Made by a program: the position numbers and the translations under genes | Notes under the pieces: model-generated | What the model was told of the DNA's origin: nothing | The model's input: only the letters and a program-made list of their open reading frames with translations | The model's database searches: none | Shown here: positions 36,527 to 46,605 of the stretch, one piece after another | How the letters are laid out: every line of letters begins with the position of its first letter | How positions within the stretch are numbered: the stretch's first letter is position 1 | Virus record (IMG/VR): IMGVR_UViG_3300045934_000106 | Location: 3,919-67,918 of that record | Origin: a virus | Length of the DNA stretch: 64,000 nt | Reading direction: 5' to 3' (one strand)

Positions 36527-37453
36527 TTAGATCCCGCCTGCGGGCTTGACGCCCCCTGTAGCCTTCTCGACTTCCTTTCGGAGACGGAGCAGTTCCTGTC
36601 GCGCCGCTTCCTGGGCGGCCGGCGTCGTGGCGTCGCGATAGCGCTTCGTCGCCGCGGCCACCTTCGACGCGAGCTGGGTCAGCTTGTCGTCGGCCGCCTC
36701 AGGCGAGGCGGGCGTGTCCGGGTCCACCGGATCGTTGACGATCTCGGTCTGCGGCGGCACCTGCGGCCGCGGGGCGCCGGTCCTGACGTCCTGCGTCGCG
36801 TTGGGTTCAGCCGGGGGCGGCTCGCCGGCCTGCGGGTTCTCGAGGAAGTTCACGGCGCCCATGCGGTTATTGCGATCCGCCTCGATCCGTTCGCGGCTCT
36901 GTCGGTTCTCTGCGGCCGTCTGGGCGGCGGTGCGTTGGCCTTGCCGGACCGTCTCCTGACTGAGGTTGAAGCGGGTATTGCGGCCCTGCTCGCCGATGGT
37001 GAACCGGTTCTGGCGACCCTGCTCGAGGAATTGCTGGATCGTCTGTCGCGCCGCATTGTTGGCGTCCGCGACGCGCTCGACGGAGCTGCGCGTGTGCAGC
37101 GTGTTCCCCGATGGCCGGTTCCAACGGTAGTTCTGGCCTTCCTGCCCGATGATGGCGCGATCGGTGGCGCCCGTCTGGTTGATGACGGCGACGTCTTCGC
37201 GCGTCTGATTCGTCGCCGCGGTGCGGCGGTCCTGGCCTTCCTGTTGGGCGGTGGTATTGCCCGACGGGCGATCGTAGCGGGCATCCCGCATGGATTCGAG
37301 CAAGATGCGCACTTCGCTCTGCAGGCGGGCGATCTCTTCGCGCGCGTCGATGCCTTCGCGCGCCACACGGGTGCGCTCGTTCTCACGCAGCCCATGCGCG
37401 AGGCCCGTAAGGGCTCCCCCGATGGCGCTGACGGCGGCTTGTCCACGTCCCAT
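36527..37453 (-). CDS. putative internal virion/ejection protein
   Basis: Q/R/T-rich helical repeats (RPSGNT twice); positioned before the giant protein. Confidence 0.55.
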   Translation of the reverse strand: MGRGQAAVSAIGGALTGLAHGLRENERTRVAREGIDAREEIARLQSEVRILLESMRDARYDRPSGNTTAQQEGQDRRTAATNQTREDVAVINQTGATDRAIIGQEGQNYRWNRPSGNTLHTRSSVERVADANNAARQTIQQFLEQGRQNRFTIGEQGRNTRFNLSQETVRQGQRTAAQTAAENRQSRERIEADRNNRMGAVNFLENPQAGEPPPAEPNATQDVRTGAPRPQVPPQTEIVNDPVDPDTPASPEAADDKLTQLASKVAAATKRYRDATTPAAQEAARQELLRLRKEVEKATGGVKPAGGI

Positions 37454-37462
37454 TGAGTCCCC

Positions 37463-39409
37463 TTACAGGCGCACGCGCCACGGCGAGCGTGTCGGCGGCG
37501 GCCCGCTCTGCCCCGGCGGATTGATGCCGATCCCCGGTGCCGTGCGGTCCTCGATCTGCTGTCCCGACCCCGGCACGGTGGTCCGCGTGTTGCGCTCGGG
37601 AATCGTGTAGGGATAGCCGCCACCGCCCGGATAGCTGAATCCCCCCATGCCCGCCGTCTCGCGCCGGAACTCGAGGTCGGCGAGGAACTGGTCGTCTTCC
37701 TGCGACAGCGTTTCGTAGAAGCGCTCTTGCAGGGCCCGCAGTTCTTCCATCCGGAAGGCGAGCTCCTCGTTGAACTCGCGTGACTGCTGTGACAGCTTCT
37801 TGAGATCGATGTCCGCGCCAACGTCGATCCCGTAGCGGTCGGTGAGGTCGTTCATCAGACCGAGCGTGTATTGCAGCTGGAGCTGATCGCCCTGCAGGCC
37901 GAGTTCGGCCGCCTTGGCGTTGACCTGCTCGCGCAGCGCGTAGCGGTCGCCCTTGAGCGCGGCGCCCCGCAGCCCGACATCTGCTGCAAGCGCGACGGCC
38001 TCTTTGCGCATCCCCGCCTCTTGCAAGGCGAGCGTGCGCTGCTGGCCGGCGACTCCGGCGCCGAGCTCCGCCGCCGCGCGACGGTCCTGCATGTTCGTCG
38101 AGGCCGCGGCGATGTCGATGTCGCGTTCCGACTGAATGGTGTTGCGCTTGCGCTGTTCCCGCAGTCCCATGCGCTCGCTGGCGAGCCAGTTCGAGTCGGC
38201 GACGCCGGTATTGTGCGCGAAGCGCATCAGCTCTTGATCGTCGAACTGCCCCATCTCCGCCAGGGTGTCCGCCTCGCGCGACTTCATCAGTTCCACGGTC
38301 CGCGGATCCATGGACTCCGGATTCTGGAGAATCCGCATCACGAGATCCTGCGTCGCGTTGTCGACGGCGCCCGGACCGTTCGGGAGCGGTCCGATCCGGC
38401 CCAGGATGCTGTCCATGGACGAGAACTGATCGAGGTCCTCGGTCCCAATCTCGCCCGGGGTGTAGGTCGGGCCCATGCGTGACCACGCGGGCGCCTGTGG
38501 CGTCGGTCGTCCGGTCGGTCCCGGGGCGCCCTGGCCCCCGCCACCGCCCGAACCGCTGCCGTACTGCCGGAACGCGGCGTCGAGCGCGGCATTCATCATG
38601 TCCCCGTAGACCGGAGAGTTGTCGTCGAGGCCACCGGTAAAGCCCACGGTCTGCGCGACCCAATTCAGCTCCGCCTCGTTGAGCGTGCGACCGATGCCGC
38701 GCTGCATTTCGCTTTGCAGGTGCTGCAAGGCTTCCGCGCGCGTCCCGACACGCGAGGGGTCGACGTAGTTCGGGGTGTAGGACGCCTGCGGGGCGGGGGC
38801 GTCCTGCGCGGTGCCCATCGTCAGCGACGACGTGCCGCCGCCCTGGCGTGTATCCCCGGCGGCGCCGGCCAGCGTGTACGGCCGGCCGTCGATGACGATC
38901 TGATCGCCCTGCCACTTCACGTCGTGGCCATCGGCCTGCAGGCTGCTGTAGATGTTGCGCGCGAGACGATCCTGCTCAATCGCTTGCACCTGCGGATCGG
39001 TCGAACTCCGCATCCGGTTGAGCGAGTCGCGCCACTGCTGGACGGTCGCTTGCGCGTTGGCGTTGCCCTGCTGGACCCCGCCCTTCGGCATCGGGATCGC
39101 GTTCGGACGGTCCGTGATCGGCCCGTACCGTATCTGCTCCAGTGAATCGCCGCCACCGGTCACGCCGGGGAACTGCCCCATCGTGTTCGCGCCGTACTCC
39201 ATCGGCGAGGACACCGCCGGCGGCGTCGCCGGGGTCGGGGCCGGGCCGGTGAGGGATGGCAGCTCGAGCCCGGCGGGCGGCTTCATCGCCCCGCCCGACC
39301 GGGTCAGCGCGTTCGAGGTGCGCGAAATGGACGATCCGTACGTAGGACGCGTCTGTGCCGCGTCTTCCATCGGATCGAGCGAGGACCACGAGAATTGTCC
39401 AAGAGCCAT
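37463..39409 (-). CDS. putative internal virion/ejection protein
   Basis: 648 aa, Gly/Pro-rich then coiled coil; position after the tail genes. Confidence 0.55.
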   Translation of the reverse strand: MALGQFSWSSLDPMEDAAQTRPTYGSSISRTSNALTRSGGAMKPPAGLELPSLTGPAPTPATPPAVSSPMEYGANTMGQFPGVTGGGDSLEQIRYGPITDRPNAIPMPKGGVQQGNANAQATVQQWRDSLNRMRSSTDPQVQAIEQDRLARNIYSSLQADGHDVKWQGDQIVIDGRPYTLAGAAGDTRQGGGTSSLTMGTAQDAPAPQASYTPNYVDPSRVGTRAEALQHLQSEMQRGIGRTLNEAELNWVAQTVGFTGGLDDNSPVYGDMMNAALDAAFRQYGSGSGGGGGQGAPGPTGRPTPQAPAWSRMGPTYTPGEIGTEDLDQFSSMDSILGRIGPLPNGPGAVDNATQDLVMRILQNPESMDPRTVELMKSREADTLAEMGQFDDQELMRFAHNTGVADSNWLASERMGLREQRKRNTIQSERDIDIAAASTNMQDRRAAAELGAGVAGQQRTLALQEAGMRKEAVALAADVGLRGAALKGDRYALREQVNAKAAELGLQGDQLQLQYTLGLMNDLTDRYGIDVGADIDLKKLSQQSREFNEELAFRMEELRALQERFYETLSQEDDQFLADLEFRRETAGMGGFSYPGGGGYPYTIPERNTRTTVPGSGQQIEDRTAPGIGINPPGQSGPPPTRSPWRVRL

Positions 39410-40869
39410 TACCCTCCGTACGACAGCGACATCGGACTCCGCGCCGCCAGCCGTCGACGATTCCGGTTCCGTGAGGCGCCGGTCTGGAGACGGTCCGCCT
39501 CGGGTCCTAACGCCGCACTCATCAGTGGATCTGGTTGCAGGCCCTGACCCATCGAGCTACTCCGGTTGCGCGTCATCGCCGCACGGTCGTTCATGGATGG
39601 CATCGCCATCGGATCCGCGGGCTCCACAAACGGGCCTCCCGGTGCCGGCGGCGGCATCATGGGACTGCTCGGCGGCGCTCCCGGGATCGGCCGTCCCCAG
39701 GGCGACGTGGTCGACCGGGCGCCGCCCACCGGACCGAGGTTGCCGGCTACGGCCGAGGGATCACTGCCGATGGCGGAGAGCAGATCGATCGCCGTAAACC
39801 GTGGCGCGCTCGGATCGGTCGCGGTCGGGTTGACCGCGCGTCCACTGGCAATCTGATCGCGCATGGTGCCGGCAGCGGAGCGCATCTCCGGCGTGTAGGC
39901 GCCGGGCGTCTCCCGCTGATAGCGCGTGCCGGCGGCCACGGTGCGCGGCCCGCCGTTGATAATCCGGTCCAGTAGCGCCATCGCCTGCATCTGCGCCATG
40001 ACGTGGCTGTACGGGTCGCGGCCGCCTTCTTCGGTCAACGTGTCGAGCAGCGCGAGGTCGCGTTCCCGCGCGTCGCGGCTCTGCTCAATCTCCAGACTGT
40101 GCTCGCGGTTGGCGTCGCCTTCGCGGGCATTCGACCACGCGTTCAACCCGAAGCCCGCGGCCTCGAGCGCCGGCATCACCCAGGGCGATGACAACATTCC
40201 CCCTCCTGTCGCACTTCCTGCGGCGGTCGTGCCGGCCGCAGCGCCACCGCCCGCCGCCGACGTGCCAAACGTCGGGCCCAGCCCGCGGCTCACATTCGAG
40301 GCCAGCACCGGAGAGATGCCGGCACCGCCCGCCACTGCGCCACCTCCGGCTGCGGCCGCGCCGGGCACCAGGCCGGAGGCCACGGGAGCGGCATAGCCCG
40401 CCATCGGGGCCGTCCATCCGGTGGAGGCGAGGAGTCCGGTGCCGCCCGCTGCGGCGCCGCCGCCACCCGCCGCGCCGCCGGCCGCCGCGCCACCCGCCGC
40501 GCCACCGCCGCCACCACTGAAGGCACTCATCAGGGCCGGCCCGCCAAAGTACGCGCCCGCGCCGATCGCGGCCCCGATGCCGATGTTGCGGAGCAAGGTG
40601 TTGTGCTGGTTGATGTTCCCGGCGCCGTCGATGTGCATGCCGTCCGGCAAGCGGATGCCTTGACTGCCGAGCCACCGTTCAAATTCCGCCTGGTGCCGAT
40701 CGGACATGCGGATCCCGCGCCCGGTGTCGACCATGCCGCGCTGCGCCTTCCATTCCTGCACCTGCGGCAGAGACCCCAGCCAGCGATTGAACTGATCGAG
40801 CTGTCGTTCATCCGTGTCCCGGTCGGGCACCTGGCGGCCGTCCGGGGTGTAGTACCGCTGTCTCGGCAT
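39409..40869 (-). CDS. putative DNA pilot/ejection protein, Gly/Ala-rich
   Basis: Hydrophobic IGIGAAIGAGAYFGG segment and Gly-Ala tracts. Confidence 0.55.
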   Translation of the reverse strand: MPRQRYYTPDGRQVPDRDTDERQLDQFNRWLGSLPQVQEWKAQRGMVDTGRGIRMSDRHQAEFERWLGSQGIRLPDGMHIDGAGNINQHNTLLRNIGIGAAIGAGAYFGGPALMSAFSGGGGGAAGGAAAGGAAGGGGAAAGGTGLLASTGWTAPMAGYAAPVASGLVPGAAAAGGGAVAGGAGISPVLASNVSRGLGPTFGTSAAGGGAAAGTTAAGSATGGGMLSSPWVMPALEAAGFGLNAWSNAREGDANREHSLEIEQSRDARERDLALLDTLTEEGGRDPYSHVMAQMQAMALLDRIINGGPRTVAAGTRYQRETPGAYTPEMRSAAGTMRDQIASGRAVNPTATDPSAPRFTAIDLLSAIGSDPSAVAGNLGPVGGARSTTSPWGRPIPGAPPSSPMMPPPAPGGPFVEPADPMAMPSMNDRAAMTRNRSSSMGQGLQPDPLMSAALGPEADRLQTGASRNRNRRRLAARSPMSLSYGG

Positions 40870-41148
40870 TTACCCTCCCGCCTGTTCCGCTTCCACCGTT
40901 TCGAGCGCTTCGCGCATGGTCGTCATTTGCGCGTCGCCGCTGACGTTGCGCGGATCGTTGGCCGTCCGCCACGCGGCTTGGGTCCGCACGTTCAGCCGAT
41001 CCGCCCATTTCGTCATTGCGATCGCGACTTCGGACATCCCGCCCGCCGTGAGGACCTGCGTCGCCGTCAGGCCCCGCGAAGCGGCATACTCCTCGAGCGC
41101 GAGCTGCTGGTTGACGGTGAGCACAAAGTTGACTGCGGTGGTCGCCAT
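40870..41148 (-). CDS. hypothetical protein
   Basis: AAAGGA RBS; MATTAVNF start. Confidence 0.65.
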   Translation of the reverse strand: MATTAVNFVLTVNQQLALEEYAASRGLTATQVLTAGGMSEVAIAMTKWADRLNVRTQAAWRTANDPRNVSGDAQMTTMREALETVEAEQAGG

Positions 41149-41158
41149 GAGTCGTCCT

Positions 41159-42058
41159 TTACGGCGCAAACGTGTCCGACGTGAGGCAGATGTGAATGGT
41201 GTAGCCGCCGCCGCTGGAGACGCTGCACCCGGTGCCGCGCTGCGTGCCGAGATACCGGATGACCACGCAGCCCGTCATGCCATTCCCGCCGGCGCCGGTT
41301 CCGCCACCGCCGCCGCCACCGGCCCCGCACAGCGTCGCATTGCCGCCCGCGGCGTTGGCGCCCGATCCGCCCGTGCCGGCCCCTGTCCCGCCCGCGCCGC
41401 CCACGACGACGCCCGACCCCCCGCCGCCGCTGCCGTAGACGAACGTCGCGCCCGCGTAATCATTACTGTCGCCTTCGGCCCCGGCGCCACCCGTGCCGCC
41501 GCCCGCGGTCGTGCCATTGCTGCCCGTGCCGTTCGCGCCGCCCCCGCCACCGCCCGCGCTGTCTGCGCCCGCCGTGGAGACACCGTTGCCGCCGTTGTGG
41601 CCGTCGTCGCCCACGCCACCAGTTACCGTGCCGCCGCCCGCGTCGCGCGAGCCACCGCCACCACCACCCGCCCCGCCGTCGCCGCCGCCCGCGCTATTCG
41701 CCGTGCCGCCGCGTCCGCCGAACCCGCCACCATCGGCCGTGACGCTGATGGTGCCGCCGATGAGCGTCGTGTCAGCGCCGGCCGTGCCGCTATTCCCACT
41801 GCTCCCGCCCGCGCCAGCCGCCCCAATCGTGACGGTCAGGGCCGCGCCGCCGCGCACGACCGTGGAGCTCCCGGTCAGCGCCTCGCCACCGCCCCCGCCA
41901 CCGCCGGTCGCCGTGACGCCGTCGGTCGAATTGCCGCCGCCGCCGCCCGCACCCACCACGAGGTACTCGATGACGTACGTCTTGTTCACGCCGAGCAGGC
42001 GCATCAGTTGCGCCTCGCTCGAGGTCAGCGTCAGCGCGAGAAGCAGGAGCCAGCGCAT
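41159..42058 (-). CDS. glycine-rich domain tail-associated protein with signal peptide
   Basis: IEYLVVGAGGGGG...GCVVIRY; N-terminus MRWLLLLALTLTSSEA|Q. Confidence 0.75.
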   Translation of the reverse strand: MRWLLLLALTLTSSEAQLMRLLGVNKTYVIEYLVVGAGGGGGNSTDGVTATGGGGGGGEALTGSSTVVRGGAALTVTIGAAGAGGSSGNSGTAGADTTLIGGTISVTADGGGFGGRGGTANSAGGGDGGAGGGGGGSRDAGGGTVTGGVGDDGHNGGNGVSTAGADSAGGGGGGANGTGSNGTTAGGGTGGAGAEGDSNDYAGATFVYGSGGGGSGVVVGGAGGTGAGTGGSGANAAGGNATLCGAGGGGGGGTGAGGNGMTGCVVIRYLGTQRGTGCSVSSGGGYTIHICLTSDTFAP

Positions 42059-43048
42059 TTAGAAGTTCTGCCCCGCCGTGAAGCAATACCAGTTCGTCCC
42101 GGCGTTGTAGGTAAGGCAGGTGAAGAAGTCCTTTTTGCCGTTGGTGCTCGTCATTGTCGGTGCGGCCGCGCCCGCCCACGCGACGCTCGCTGGCCAGGTG
42201 ACCGTCCGCAGCGTGCCATCCGCCGTGAAGACCAGCGTGAACGAGCCCGCCTTCCCGGTCGTCGGCGCGTTCGAAATCGTCAGCGTCGTGATGTTCGCGG
42301 TGAGCGCGACATCGAAGTGCGTCGCCGTCGACAGGTCCAGCGTCAGGGCATTCGCGCTGATCGTCGGCGCCGTGCGCGTTTCGGTGTAGGTCAGCAGGTC
42401 GTTGCGCGCGGTGAACGCGTTGGCCGTGCCGAGCATCGCCACGCCCGTGAGGTTCGTGCCCGACAGTGACGCGAAGTAGGTCGAGCTGATGGCGGGAATC
42501 TGGCCGGTGGCGCTGACAATACCGACGTTGCCGGAGCCGGCGTTGATGCCGCCCGCCACATCGAGCGCGTTGATGCCGGCGCCGAAGATGTTGGCCGTGG
42601 ACCCCACGAAGAGGTCGGTGTTCGTGGCAATCGCGCCGGAGGCGTTGAAGGACCCCGCCACCACCGTGTTCCCGGTCGCCGCGGCGATCGTGACGTTCCC
42701 GCTGCCGATGTTGACGTCGCCGGCAATATCCACGGTCGAACCCGCGGTGAGTGCCCCTGAGAAATTGCCGAGGACGCTGTAGAAGGCCGCCCAGCGTGTT
42801 CCGCTGGCGCCCAGATCGCGCGTGTTGTTGCCGTCGGCGACGATGGCCCGGGTCGTCAGGGTGCCGGTCATGGTGCCGCCCGTGCGGTTCAGGGCGTTCG
42901 CGTAGACGGCATTGACGATGGTGTTCACCTCGTCGGGCGAAATAATCGTGCCGGCCGTGAAGGTGAACGGTGGGGAGCCGAGCTGCGCCGAGGCGACTCC
43001 GGTCGCCAGCAGCAGCGCAAGAGCGATTCCGAGCAGTCGGTTACGCAT
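42059..43048 (-). CDS. tail fibre-like protein with signal peptide
   Basis: FTAGTIISPDEVN, LNRTGGTMTGTL, C-terminal TVTWPASVAWAGAAAPT...KKDFFT; N-terminus MRNRLLGIALALLLATGVASA|Q. Confidence 0.75.
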   Translation of the reverse strand: MRNRLLGIALALLLATGVASAQLGSPPFTFTAGTIISPDEVNTIVNAVYANALNRTGGTMTGTLTTRAIVADGNNTRDLGASGTRWAAFYSVLGNFSGALTAGSTVDIAGDVNIGSGNVTIAAATGNTVVAGSFNASGAIATNTDLFVGSTANIFGAGINALDVAGGINAGSGNVGIVSATGQIPAISSTYFASLSGTNLTGVAMLGTANAFTARNDLLTYTETRTAPTISANALTLDLSTATHFDVALTANITTLTISNAPTTGKAGSFTLVFTADGTLRTVTWPASVAWAGAAAPTMTSTNGKKDFFTCLTYNAGTNWYCFTAGQNF

Positions 43049-43358
43049 CGACGGTGTTCTCCCTGGCGGTGACGAAGACGAGGAGGGCACGCGTCCCATT
43101 CGCGCTCGCCAGCAGATAGGCGACGTCCTTCGTCCACAGATTCCCGACGGGCGTGTAGACGATGCCGCCCACTTGACTCAATACAACCATGCCGATGGGT
43201 ATTTCGCCCATACCGTGGGCCACGTCGACGACCGTGCTGTTCGAGGGGAAGTACACCTCGAAGATCTTTGAACACGCCGCGAACGGCCATTCAAAGGGCT
43301 GTCGGCGGTCCACCGCCACCAGGGCATCGGACGTCGGACGATCAACGGGCCGCGGCAT
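43041..43358 (-). CDS. hypothetical virion protein
   Basis: VAHGMGEIPIG motif typical of small tail-associated proteins. Confidence 0.6.
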   Translation of the reverse strand: MPRPVDRPTSDALVAVDRRQPFEWPFAACSKIFEVYFPSNSTVVDVAHGMGEIPIGMVVLSQVGGIVYTPVGNLWTKDVAYLLASANGTRALLVFVTARENTVDA

Positions 43359-43361
43359 TCG

Positions 43362-45476
43362 TTACCCGTTCACGCTCGGGACGAGCCGCTTCGAGAGCGG
43401 ATCGCAGGTGACGCCGAACTGCTTGAGTCGCACTTCGGACGAGGGATAGAAGTTCCAGAACTGGATCTGGAGCGTCACGAACGTGCGTTCAAACCGCTGT
43501 TTCTTCAGGGACTGCCCCGGCCCGCCGGACCATTCCGACTCGCCCCAGATGGCTTGACCCCAGATCGCGCCGGCCTGCTCGATCGGGAACGCGAGATCGT
43601 TGATGGCGGTGACGTGCCCGTCGTCATCGTTGAACCGGATGCGCGCGAACAGGCTCTGGTCGTCGGCGCTGGAGCTTGCCGCCACGAACAGGAAGCGCGA
43701 TTGCTTCGCGTGCGTCGGGACCTTGAAATCGAGGAACGAGGTATTCCAGAACCACCGGATCCCGCCGACGATCACCTCCCAGCCGTCGCCGGACGGCACG
43801 GGCGACAGCTCCGGCCCGTTGGTCGTGTCCAGGGTGATCACCGTGCCGGTATTTGAGGCCGCCCGGACCCACTGCCAGATGCCGGCCGGACTTTTCACGG
43901 CAATGGGCATGCCCGCCAGCCCGCCGCCGGTCGTGTAGAACGTCGCCCCGCTCGCGGTAATCGTGCTGACCGTGGCGCCCGTGATGGTCTCTTCCGTCGT
44001 GCCACTCGGCGGCCCGTCGTGCGCGCCGTCGAACATCTGGTAGACGCGGCCCCAATGGTCGCCCATATACAGGCCGAGATCGCCGTTGGTGTCGGTGAAC
44101 TGCGCGAACGATCCGTACTCGTGCCCGGTGATCGGGGGAAGCCAGGCACCGAGCAGGTAGTGATACGCGAGCAGCGTCCGCACGCGCGTCGTCGACGTGG
44201 TCGGGACGCTCCAGATCACGAGGTTGTTGACTTCGTCGTGGACGCAGCGAATGAGCGCGAGCGCTTGTTTGTTGACCGTCGCGATGAAATTCGAGATCCG
44301 GCTGTTGCCAATCGACCGCCACGCCGAGAGGTTCGTCACATACGGGCCGCGAATCCGGTCCCAGCCGTACAGTTCGCTGTCCACCTCGACGCACGACTCG
44401 GCGCTGACGTTGCCGTACGTCTGGTGGAGGCGCTTCGGCTTGAACGGTACCCGGTCGCCCACGAGCTCCCACGTCGCATGGGCCGTGCCGATGATGCGCC
44501 GCTCCGAGAACTCGAGGCCCCACGTCAGCGCGTCGCCCGTGGCGCGCGAGATCGGGAAGTTATCGCGCGGATGCCAGCTTTGCAGGTCGCCGAGCTTGCT
44601 GATGTCGACGGCGTCGGTGTTCGCGCGGATGCCGAACCCGTAGCCGTTCATTTCAAACAGGTGGATGAAGTTCCCCGGCGGCGGATCGTTCACGCTCGTC
44701 TTGTCGGCGATCTGGTTCGCCCGGCGCGTCGTGTCGGTGACGGTCTCGGTGGCGCTGCCCGTGGCGACGGTCCAACTCCCGGCGAGGTAGTAATTCAGCT
44801 CGTTCGTATCGGTGCGTCGCACCCACGCGCGCCAGTGGGTCGCCGCAGACGGAACGCTGCCACCGGGTTTGGTGTGCGTCCGGCCCTGCGCCGCCAGGGC
44901 CTGCGTAGCCGTCGCATCGGAGATGGAACTGTCGTGGTCCATCGCCGAGTCGTACCAGGTATAGACGGCCTCATAGGTGCCGGTGAGCGTGCCGGCGCCC
45001 GCCGACATATTCGTGACCGACGACGGCCGCGCGAAGCCGATGTCATAGAGCGCCGAGCCGTCATAGCGCTTCTGCGCCGAGCCATCGTAGATGAACGCGT
45101 TGCTCTTGAACGGCGTCATCCGGGCCTGATTCCCCGCCGTGCCGAACGCGCTGCCGATGGTCGACGTGGACCCATTGACCGGGTCCACTTCGGAGAGCTG
45201 GCCGTTGCACATCGCGAGCAGCTCGGCCGCCGCGGCCGGCCGACGGAAATCAAACAGGCCGTCGACGCGCTTCGCTGACGCCATCACCGTCGGGTTGATC
45301 AGCCGGACGCCCGGACGGACCCCCATTTCGCACTGCCGCGAATCGAGGTTCGCTTCGTAGAGAAAGGCGTTGGCCGCGTCGGGCGTCGCGAACGGCGGCA
45401 GCGTGCTCGGGGTGTCGAGGAAGCCGGCCGAGAAGTTATCCACCCAGATGTCGGAGATCGGTTGCTGGGCACTCAT
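43362..45476 (-). CDS. tail tubular/nozzle (P22 gp10 / T7 gp12-like) protein
   Basis: DNFSAG...DAAN...RPG N-terminus, beta-propeller-like body, position after the adaptor. Confidence 0.65.
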   Translation of the reverse strand: MSAQQPISDIWVDNFSAGFLDTPSTLPPFATPDAANAFLYEANLDSRQCEMGVRPGVRLINPTVMASAKRVDGLFDFRRPAAAAELLAMCNGQLSEVDPVNGSTSTIGSAFGTAGNQARMTPFKSNAFIYDGSAQKRYDGSALYDIGFARPSSVTNMSAGAGTLTGTYEAVYTWYDSAMDHDSSISDATATQALAAQGRTHTKPGGSVPSAATHWRAWVRRTDTNELNYYLAGSWTVATGSATETVTDTTRRANQIADKTSVNDPPPGNFIHLFEMNGYGFGIRANTDAVDISKLGDLQSWHPRDNFPISRATGDALTWGLEFSERRIIGTAHATWELVGDRVPFKPKRLHQTYGNVSAESCVEVDSELYGWDRIRGPYVTNLSAWRSIGNSRISNFIATVNKQALALIRCVHDEVNNLVIWSVPTTSTTRVRTLLAYHYLLGAWLPPITGHEYGSFAQFTDTNGDLGLYMGDHWGRVYQMFDGAHDGPPSGTTEETITGATVSTITASGATFYTTGGGLAGMPIAVKSPAGIWQWVRAASNTGTVITLDTTNGPELSPVPSGDGWEVIVGGIRWFWNTSFLDFKVPTHAKQSRFLFVAASSSADDQSLFARIRFNDDDGHVTAINDLAFPIEQAGAIWGQAIWGESEWSGGPGQSLKKQRFERTFVTLQIQFWNFYPSSEVRLKQFGVTCDPLSKRLVPSVNG

Positions 45477-46435
45477 CCCATGAACGGCCGAATCCGCGGC
45501 CGTGCCGGTTGAATCGTGTTGTCGTGACCGACCAGCGCGATGAGCGACGCGTTCGATCCCTGATCGACGTCAGTCAGCTCGCCGCGATTGACCTTGAAGT
45601 AATTCCCCATGCGCTCGAGGAGCGCAGAGACCCAGAACTGCGGCACCGTATCGGCGTCATAGAGCAGGCGTTTCGGCAGACGGAGACACGGCACGCCGAT
45701 GATCTGGCCCGCCGTGATCGGCTTCGGGTGCAACACGATCGTCGGAATCTCCACCTGACTCTGTTCCGGTAAGAGTTTCTGGAGCGTCGCGCCGGCGGAG
45801 TCCAGGCGCAGCGTCACCGTGCCGCGCGAGCTGGTGTGCTCGGTGTCCGGGGTGTCCGCCTCGGTGTACGCCTTCGTGAACCCGGTGATCGGCGGGAACC
45901 ACGTGCCGGCCGCGACCGGCGTCGTGCCATTGAGCGTCAGCTGCGCCTCGTCGACGACGCCGTCACTGTTGATGCCCTGCACGACGACGGCAATATCGGT
46001 GTCGCTGGCGTGGGACGAGACCAGTTCGAGCGCTTGGCCCGCCGTGTCCGGCTGCGTCGTCACCGCCGACACGCCGCCGAGCGAGTACCGCTCTGGCACG
46101 CTGGCCACTTCGAGGTCCGTGCCCGCCTCCGGAAACTCCATCCACAACGCGTCAAGGTCGTAGGGCACGAGATCGCGCCCGGTCGTGAGGTTCCGCACCC
46201 GCAGGTGCGGCGGAATGCGCCCGAAATACGGCGGGAGCGCATAGGTGCGCTGGTCCGCGACGGTCGTGACCTGCACGGGATCGGGCATCCGGTGATCTTT
46301 GAACGGATGGCGCAGCCAGATGTCGAGATAGGAGACGTTCAGGAGCCGTTCGGCGAGATCGCGCGACCGGGTATCGCCGTACTCGCCGTGCATGTGCAGA
46401 AACGTGTCGAGCAGCTCGCGGCGTGAGTTGTTCAT
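45473..46435 (-). CDS. head-tail adaptor protein
   Basis: LLNVSYLDIW...TVADQRTYALP motif; position. Confidence 0.65.
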   Translation of the reverse strand: MNNSRRELLDTFLHMHGEYGDTRSRDLAERLLNVSYLDIWLRHPFKDHRMPDPVQVTTVADQRTYALPPYFGRIPPHLRVRNLTTGRDLVPYDLDALWMEFPEAGTDLEVASVPERYSLGGVSAVTTQPDTAGQALELVSSHASDTDIAVVVQGINSDGVVDEAQLTLNGTTPVAAGTWFPPITGFTKAYTEADTPDTEHTSSRGTVTLRLDSAGATLQKLLPEQSQVEIPTIVLHPKPITAGQIIGVPCLRLPKRLLYDADTVPQFWVSALLERMGNYFKVNRGELTDVDQGSNASLIALVGHDNTIQPARPRIRPFMG

Positions 46436-46605
46436 TGACAGGTGATCCGGTACTTCTGCTGCAAGGGCGGCGACGCGCAGATCACGTCAATCGTCACCGC
46501 CTTGACGAACTCGAACTCTTGGGCATGGCGATACGCCAGGGCCGCGAGGCCGAGCACGAGCAGCCCCGCGAGCGTGCCGCCGAAGGCCAGGGCGAACGTC
46601 CGCAT
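46432..46605 (-). CDS. small membrane protein
   Basis: MRTFALAFGGTLAGLLVLGLAAL. Confidence 0.55.
   Translation of the reverse strand: MRTFALAFGGTLAGLLVLGLAALAYRHAQEFEFVKAVTIDVICASPPLQQKYRITCQ

Noticed and set aside
41230-41960. GCC-rich repeats as a DNA-level repeat element
   Set aside because: Explained by poly-Gly codons of the glycine-rich protein
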